DNA of 64,000 nucleotides. It comes from Candidatus Aldehydirespirator sp. (lineage in GTDB: Bacteria > Actinomycetota > Acidimicrobiia > Acidimicrobiales > Aldehydirespiratoraceae). Location of the stretch: the NCBI GenBank assembly GCA_965220645.1, contig OZ244836.1:1152237-1216236 (forward strand), given 5' to 3'. Within the stretch, counting starts at the first letter, position 1; each line of letters begins with the position of its first letter. This document shows, in pieces, positions 59,124 through 64,000 of the stretch. Position numbers and translations under genes: made by a program. Under the pieces are notes generated by a model. It did no database searches. It had not been told where the DNA came from and saw only the letters and a list, made by a program, of their open reading frames with translations.

Positions 59124-62100
59124 GCCGAGCAGCTCGAAGTCCTGAGGGTGAGACCGGTCATCGTGCCTGCTTCTCGCTCGCCGGCTCCGCACCGAAAGCT
59201 AGGATTCCGCGGGCCACCGACAGCCGAGAAGGGGCCATGAGCGCCGACGACGTCATTGCCGATGCCTTGAACCTCGGATCCGGTGCGCGTTTCATGCGTT
59301 GTGCGCTGCAAGTGAACCCGTCCCACTACCTCGGCACCTTCCAAGGCGACGAACAGGAGGACAGCGCAGCGGAGTACACGCGTGCGGTGGTGGACAAGGC
59401 TCAGGAAGTCGGTGTGTCAGTCCTAGCAATCACTGATCACAACAGCGTGCGTGACGTCTCCCGCTTCAGGACCGCCGCTCAAGGCACCGGCATCACGATC
59501 CTGCCCGGATTTGAGTTGGAGTCAACCGAGGGAATACATGTCCTGTGCGTTTACTCGCCAGACATGGCGGACCAGCAGTTGGAGAGACTTCTTGGCGAGT
59601 TCGGAGTACGAGATACTCAACCTTCGTCTACTCAATGCGCTCATGACTTCGTGACGGTCCTAGGCATGGTCCGAGAGCAGGGTGGCATCGCCGTAGCTGC
59701 TCATTCGACTGGCAAGAAGGGCCTGTTCAAGGTGCTGAGTGGTCAGGCCCGCATAAGGGCGTGGCAGTGCCCGGACCTGCTTGCTGTACAGATCCCTGGC
59801 TCGATCTCACAACTGCCTGAGGACAGTCGCCAGATTCTTGAGGATCGAAACCCCGACTACAGGCGCAGCTTCGCCGCAAGCGACAGGCAGGCAGTGGCAG
59901 CACTCAACGCCAAGGATGTGACCAAGCCCGAGGATCTAGACCACGCTTCAGCCACCTGCTGGATCAAGATGTCGGGAGATGTCACTGTCGAAGGCCTCCG
60001 ACAGGCGTTCCTTGACCCGGACTCGAGGATTCGCCTCAACAGTGATCCCGATCCCGAGGAACACTCGGAATTGGTGGCACTCGCGTGGGAGGGCGGAGGC
60101 TTCCTGGACGGCGCTGCAATACACCTCAATCAGAACTTGAATGTCATGATTGGGGGCCGCGGCACCGGGAAATCCACCGTAGTGGAGAGCCTCAGGTATG
60201 TGCTGGGACTGGAGCCGAAGGGCGCTGAAGCACTCAAGACCCACCAAGAAATCGTACGGCAGGTGATTCGGCCGGGAACGAAGTTGTCGCTACTTGTGCG
60301 CTGCTGTCGGCCGGCCGAGTTGGAATACAGGATTGAGCGCACGGTTCCCAACCCGCCGGTCGTCCGAGACCAGGACGGAAGGGTGCTTGAGCTTCTGCCA
60401 GCCGACATCCTGCCGAGGATCGAGGTCTATGGCCAGCATGAGATATCAGAGTTGACGAATAGGGAGGACCAGCTCACGTCTCTGCTGCATCGCTTCATAA
60501 GGCCGGATGAGTCGCTGAACCAACGGAAAGCGGAGGTCCGCCGCGAACTCAAGAAGACTCGGCTGGCCATCCTGCAAGCTAGCTCCGAACTTGACGACAT
60601 CGATGAGCGGCTGGCGGATCTGCCCAGACTTGAGCAGACCCTCGAACGCTTCCAGGAGGCCGGCCTTGAGGACCGTCTGCGTGATCAGAGCCTGCTCGTG
60701 CGCGAAGAGCGCATTCTGGCCGCTGTTCCCGAACGCGTGCAGGTGTTCCGCGAGGCATTGGAGACGCTCCGCCGAGAGTTGCCGGTCGACGCGACGTTCG
60801 TATCCGAGGAGGCCCTCGAGGACCTGCCGGGCGCCAGCATCCTCAGCCGTGCCAGCGAGGTGCTGGAGCAACTGAGTCGCGATCTGGAGGAGGTGGCACG
60901 ACGGCTTGGGGCAGCCCTAGAGCAAGCGGACGAGGGAATCGAGGACGTTCGCGCCCGCTGGTTGGAGCGCAAGCGCCAAGTCGACGCCGAGTACGAATCG
61001 ATCCTGCGCCAATTGCAAAAGTCCGCTGTTGATGGAGAGGAGTTCATCCGACTGCGGCGTGACATCGAGAACTTGCAGCCTCTTTCTAAGCGGCGGGCCT
61101 TGCTGGAGCGTCTCGTCGAGGAGCACATGAATCGCCGGCGTCAACTCCTGGTCGAATGGGAAGATGTCAAGGCCGAAGAGTTCCGGGGCCTCAGTCGGGC
61201 TGCAGACAGGGTCAGCACGGCGTTGAAGGATCGAGTACACGTCGACGTCTACAGCGCTGGTGATCGCAAGCCGCTCTTCGATCTCTTCACCAAAGAGATC
61301 GGAGGCCGCCTCTCAGAGACCGTCGCGATACTGGAGCGAGTCGAGGACATGTCACTACCGGAGTTAGTTGACGCGTGCCGGAAGGACACCGACAGCGTCA
61401 AGAAGAAGTATGGCCTGCCGTCCAAGCAGGCGGAGCGTTTGGCAGGGGCCTCTGCGAGCACCCTGATGCAGATCGAGGAGCTTGAGTTGTCTTCGACGAC
61501 GGATCTCAAGCTAAACACGGCCGCAGCAGGCGAGCGGCCGGATTGGAACGCGCTCAAACAGCTGTCCAAGGGACAGAAGGCGACTGCTGTGCTCCTCCTG
61601 CTGCTGCTGGAGTCTGACGCCCCCCTAGTGATCGACCAGCCGGAGGATGACCTTGACAACCGTTTCATTACCGAGGGAGTTGTGCCTCGGATCCGCGAGG
61701 AGAAGCGTCGTCGGCAGTTCGTATTCTCGACCCACAACGCCAATATTCCGGTCTTGGGTGATGCTGAGTTGATACTGGGACTACACGCCTCAGGCGAAGC
61801 CTTCGGTGGAAGGGCATTCATCTCGTCCGAGCACATGGGCTCGATCGACTCACCGTCTGTGAGGGCACTGGTAGAGGAGGTCTTGGAGGGCGGCAAGACT
61901 GCCTTCGAGACTCGACGCCGCAAATACGGATTCTGAGGCTGCTCGTGATCCGACCGCCCCAGCCCGTCGCCTGTCAATGAACCGCACCGATCTGGTCGCG
62001 GCAATAGCCGGAGGCGAGAACTCGCGAGTTGAGTTCAAACGTGACGACATCAAACCCGTAGAGCTCGCCGAGCGCATGGCAGGATTGCTGAATCTTGAGG

Positions 62101-63196
62101 GTGGCCACCTACTGCTAGGCGTCGAGGACGATGGCACGGTGTCGGGTCTCGCTCGCAGTCCCGGCAAGGCCGAAGAGTGGGTGATGCAGGCTGCCAGGGA
62201 CAACCTGCAGCCAGCTGCGATACCCGTCTGGCAGGAGCTGGAGTGGGCGCCGGGGAGGCGGGTGGGAGTGGTGACCCTTCCGCCGAACGCCCCCGACAAG
62301 CCTTACAAGGCCAGGAGGGGGAACCACTGGGTAACAAAGGTGCGGGTCGGCACCATCACGCGGGACGCGACCCGAGAGGAGGAGCAGCGGCTCTATCAGC
62401 AGTCCGGGGGCCTCCGCTACGGCCTCAAACCGGTCACCGGATCTGGGCTCCACGACCTGGACCATCGTCGCCTGCGGGACTATTTTGCCCGCATTCGAGG
62501 GGACACCAGCGTGCCGACGCCGGGTTCGGACGAGTGGGGGCGACTGCTCTGCAACCTGGAGCTTGCTATCGAGGCGGCCGGGCATACTTCCGCCACGATT
62601 GACGGAATGCTGCTGTTTGGTTCCAACTCCGGGAAGTTCGTGCCGCAGTCGGGTATCCGGGCTATCTGCTACCAAGGGCTGGAGCCAGACTACGGGGCAC
62701 GCTCCGACGAGGATCTCAAGGGGCCGTTGGTTCCGCTCGGCACATCGGACGGCTCGATCGCCGAGACCGGGGTTGTGGACAGGGCAGTGGACTTTGTGCG
62801 CCGCAACTCCGGCGTCTCGTCCCGATTGGAGGGCGCCCGGAGGATTGACCGTCCCGACTACCCTGAGGACGCCATTCGTGAAGTAGTTGTGAACGCGCTT
62901 GCGCATCGCGATTACAGCATTGAAGGTACCGACGCGATGCTGTCCATCTTTTCGGACCGTCTTGAGATCCAGAGCCCGGGCAGGCTGCCCAACACGATCA
63001 CGGTGGAGGGGATGCGGTCGGGCGCTCGCTACGCCAGGAACCAGACTCTGGTGAACATCATGCGCGACTATGGCTACGTCGACGCCCGCGGCATGGGAAT
63101 CCGTAACAAGGTCATACCGAGCATGGCGGCACACAACGGCACCGAGCCTGAGTTCGTTGAGGACGACTATCGCTTTCTTGTCCGACTTTGGAAGTA
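59124..63196. mobile_element. putative horizontally acquired two-gene islet (candidate defence cassette) between 13-bp direct repeats
   Basis: G+C is visibly lower than in the flanks. The islet interrupts core genes and is flanked by a perfect 13-mer. No recombinase gene is present. Confidence 0.4.
59237..61936 (+). CDS. PHP-domain phosphoesterase fused to an SMC/RecN/SbcC-like coiled-coil ABC-type ATPase (PplA-like)
   Basis: PHP motifs are AITDHNS, GFELES, GIHVLCVY and AVAAHSTG. ATPase motifs are Walker A GGRGTGKST (60152..60178), Q-loop VYGQHE, signature-like LSKGQKATAV, Walker B LVIDQPEDDLD (61622..61657) and H-loop FSTHNANI. About 270 aa of heptad-rich insert separates the ATPase halves. 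Confidence 0.8.
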   Translation: MSADDVIADALNLGSGARFMRCALQVNPSHYLGTFQGDEQEDSAAEYTRAVVDKAQEVGVSVLAITDHNSVRDVSRFRTAAQGTGITILPGFELESTEGIHVLCVYSPDMADQQLERLLGEFGVRDTQPSSTQCAHDFVTVLGMVREQGGIAVAAHSTGKKGLFKVLSGQARIRAWQCPDLLAVQIPGSISQLPEDSRQILEDRNPDYRRSFAASDRQAVAALNAKDVTKPEDLDHASATCWIKMSGDVTVEGLRQAFLDPDSRIRLNSDPDPEEHSELVALAWEGGGFLDGAAIHLNQNLNVMIGGRGTGKSTVVESLRYVLGLEPKGAEALKTHQEIVRQVIRPGTKLSLLVRCCRPAELEYRIERTVPNPPVVRDQDGRVLELLPADILPRIEVYGQHEISELTNREDQLTSLLHRFIRPDESLNQRKAEVRRELKKTRLAILQASSELDDIDERLADLPRLEQTLERFQEAGLEDRLRDQSLLVREERILAAVPERVQVFREALETLRRELPVDATFVSEEALEDLPGASILSRASEVLEQLSRDLEEVARRLGAALEQADEGIEDVRARWLERKRQVDAEYESILRQLQKSAVDGEEFIRLRRDIENLQPLSKRRALLERLVEEHMNRRRQLLVEWEDVKAEEFRGLSRAADRVSTALKDRVHVDVYSAGDRKPLFDLFTKEIGGRLSETVAILERVEDMSLPELVDACRKDTDSVKKKYGLPSKQAERLAGASASTLMQIEELELSSTTDLKLNTAAAGERPDWNALKQLSKGQKATAVLLLLLLESDAPLVIDQPEDDLDNRFITEGVVPRIREEKRRRQFVFSTHNANIPVLGDAELILGLHASGEAFGGRAFISSEHMGSIDSPSVRALVEEVLEGGKTAFETRRRKYGF

Positions 63197-63197
63197 G
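61977..63197 (+). CDS. AlbA_2 (Schlafen-like divergent AAA) + HATPase_c_4 domain protein (COG2865 architecture)
   Basis: N-terminal ENSRVEFKRDD...LLNLEGGHLLLGVEDDGTVSGL. C-terminal EDAIREVVVNALAHRDYS...LEIQSPGRLPNTIT...RYARNQTLVNIM. Confidence 0.8.
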   Translation: MNRTDLVAAIAGGENSRVEFKRDDIKPVELAERMAGLLNLEGGHLLLGVEDDGTVSGLARSPGKAEEWVMQAARDNLQPAAIPVWQELEWAPGRRVGVVTLPPNAPDKPYKARRGNHWVTKVRVGTITRDATREEEQRLYQQSGGLRYGLKPVTGSGLHDLDHRRLRDYFARIRGDTSVPTPGSDEWGRLLCNLELAIEAAGHTSATIDGMLLFGSNSGKFVPQSGIRAICYQGLEPDYGARSDEDLKGPLVPLGTSDGSIAETGVVDRAVDFVRRNSGVSSRLEGARRIDRPDYPEDAIREVVVNALAHRDYSIEGTDAMLSIFSDRLEIQSPGRLPNTITVEGMRSGARYARNQTLVNIMRDYGYVDARGMGIRNKVIPSMAAHNGTEPEFVEDDYRFLVRLWK

Positions 63198-63209
63198 TCC
63201 GTGGAGTCC
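63197..63209. repeat. 13-bp direct repeat, right copy; contains the udgB GTG start
   Basis: gtccgtggagtcc is identical to 59111..59123. Its first base is the last base of the upstream stop codon. Confidence 0.9.
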
Positions 63210-63881
63210 CCCGGCTCGCGCCGCATCCTTGCCGAGATTGCCTCGGAGGTGACCGCGTGCCGGGCCTGCCCCCGGTTGGTGGATTGGCGCGAGCAGGTCG
63301 GGCGCACCAAGCGGGCCGCCTACCGTGACGAGGAGTATTGGGCCCGCGGCGTCCCCGGCTTCGGCGATCCCGACGCCCACCTGGTGGTGGTGGGGCTGGC
63401 GCCCGCGGCCCACGGGGCCAACCGCACCGGCCGGATGTTCACCGGCGACCGCTCGGGGGACTGGCTGTACCGGGCCTTGCACCGCGCCGGCTACGCCAAC
63501 CAGGCTCGCTCCGCCCACCGAGGCGACGGGCTGACCCTGGCCGGCGCGTGGATTACCGCGCCAGTGAAGTGCGCTCCTCCGGACAACAAGCCGTCGCCGG
63601 CCGAGCGTGATCGCTGCATGCCGTTCATGCGGCGCGAGCTGGAGGCGCTCAAGGCGCTCCGGGTGGTGGTCGTGCTCGGCGGCTTCGCCCACCAGGTGGT
63701 GTGGCGCGAGCTGGGCTCGGGGTCTCGCCCCCGCTTCGCTCACGGTGCCGAGGCCCCCCTGCCCGGCGACCGGACGCTGCTGTGCAGCTACCACCCCAGC
63801 CAGCAGAACACCTTCACCGGCCGCCTCACCGAGCCCATGCTCGACGCCGTGTTCGCCCGGGCCAGAGAACTGGGCGGCTAA
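63201..63881 (+). CDS. udgB: uracil-DNA glycosylase, family 5 (UdgB-like), Fe-S type
   Basis: Contains CRACPRL (Fe-S Cys), motif [23 protein letters not shown] (GLAPA rather than the family-4 GEAPG), and motif B SYHPSQQN. Confidence 0.8.
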   Translation: MESPGSRRILAEIASEVTACRACPRLVDWREQVGRTKRAAYRDEEYWARGVPGFGDPDAHLVVVGLAPAAHGANRTGRMFTGDRSGDWLYRALHRAGYANQARSAHRGDGLTLAGAWITAPVKCAPPDNKPSPAERDRCMPFMRRELEALKALRVVVVLGGFAHQVVWRELGSGSRPRFAHGAEAPLPGDRTLLCSYHPSQQNTFTGRLTEPMLDAVFARARELGG

Positions 63882-63907
63882 CACCAGCCGATAGCCTCGG
63901 ATCCGCT

Positions 63908-64000
63908 ATGAGCATGCGCCGTCGTACTGTGTGGGTTCTTGCCGCGGCTGTGGTGCTGGTGGTGGCGGGATGCGGCAGCAGTGCCGACCCCGACACGTGG
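63908..64000 (+). CDS. lipoprotein, N-terminal fragment cut by window end
   Basis: ATG 63908 opens MSMRRRTVWVLAAAVVLVVAGCGSSADPDTW, a signal peptide with lipobox VAGC. The frame is still open at nt 64000. Confidence 0.4.
   Translation, partial: MSMRRRTVWVLAAAVVLVVAGCGSSADPDTW

Noticed and set aside
58580-59236. N-terminal 219-codon extension of the PHP-ATPase ORF (the track gives 1118 aa from 58580)
   Set aside because: The extension is antisense to the well-supported histidine phosphatase gene and is Gly/Arg/Pro-rich. Recognisable PHP sequence begins right after ATG 59237, which is preceded by a purine-rich gagaagggg.
62115-63884. 589-aa minus-strand ORF spanning the AlbA_2 and udgB genes
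   Set aside because: It crosses two independently supported plus-strand genes and has low-complexity Gly/Arg/Pro/Val content with no motif. It is a shadow ORF.

Overview
High-G+C, densely coding chromosomal segment that looks actinobacterial. The taxonomic pointers are DUF3107 next to a PdtaS-like kinase, Mrp/ApbC, the SCO1664/DUF3090/MSMEG_4193-type phosphomutase trio, an F420-type PPOX protein, VapBC and a family-5 UDG. I call about 65 CDS and find no rRNA, tRNA or CRISPR. Left part of the window: a form-II CoxSLM-like molybdoenzyme, a quinone reductase and GGT. Next is a Dpp/Opp-like peptide/nickel ABC operon whose lipoprotein carries a 61-codon Asp/Ala/Thr microsatellite. It is followed by an EEP-family gene preceded by a 3 x 50-bp repeat of its own start, and a Clp_N-RidA fusion. 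Then comes an operon of a nearly Cys-free HMGCS-like/DUF35 protein, a thiolase and a tandem family-III CoA-transferase, followed by ino1/LysR. Middle part: an SDR gene whose last 151 bp are duplicated around a 1.4-kb vapBC + PPOX insert, then a complete, translationally coupled System-I ccmABCDEFGH cluster. After that come DUF3179, HD, SixA-like, Mrp, DUF3107 and PdtaS genes. Right part: a GntR/amidohydrolase/MTHFS-like/BMP-ABC locus, an acyl-CoA synthetase, GDPD, a DAG-kinase-like gene and EtfBA. The most interesting feature is a lower-G+C two-gene cassette at 59.2-63.2 kb. It encodes an 899-aa PHP phosphoesterase fused to an SMC/RecN-like coiled-coil ABC ATPase, followed by a 406-aa Schlafen-type AlbA_2 + HATPase_c_4 protein. 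The cassette is wedged between conserved core genes and bracketed by a perfect 13-bp direct repeat. I interpret it as a candidate, possibly undescribed, anti-phage defence system. A recurring oddity is short duplications of gene termini, with four 3-prime cases and one 5-prime case. All functional calls rest on motif recognition by eye; no database search or computation was possible.
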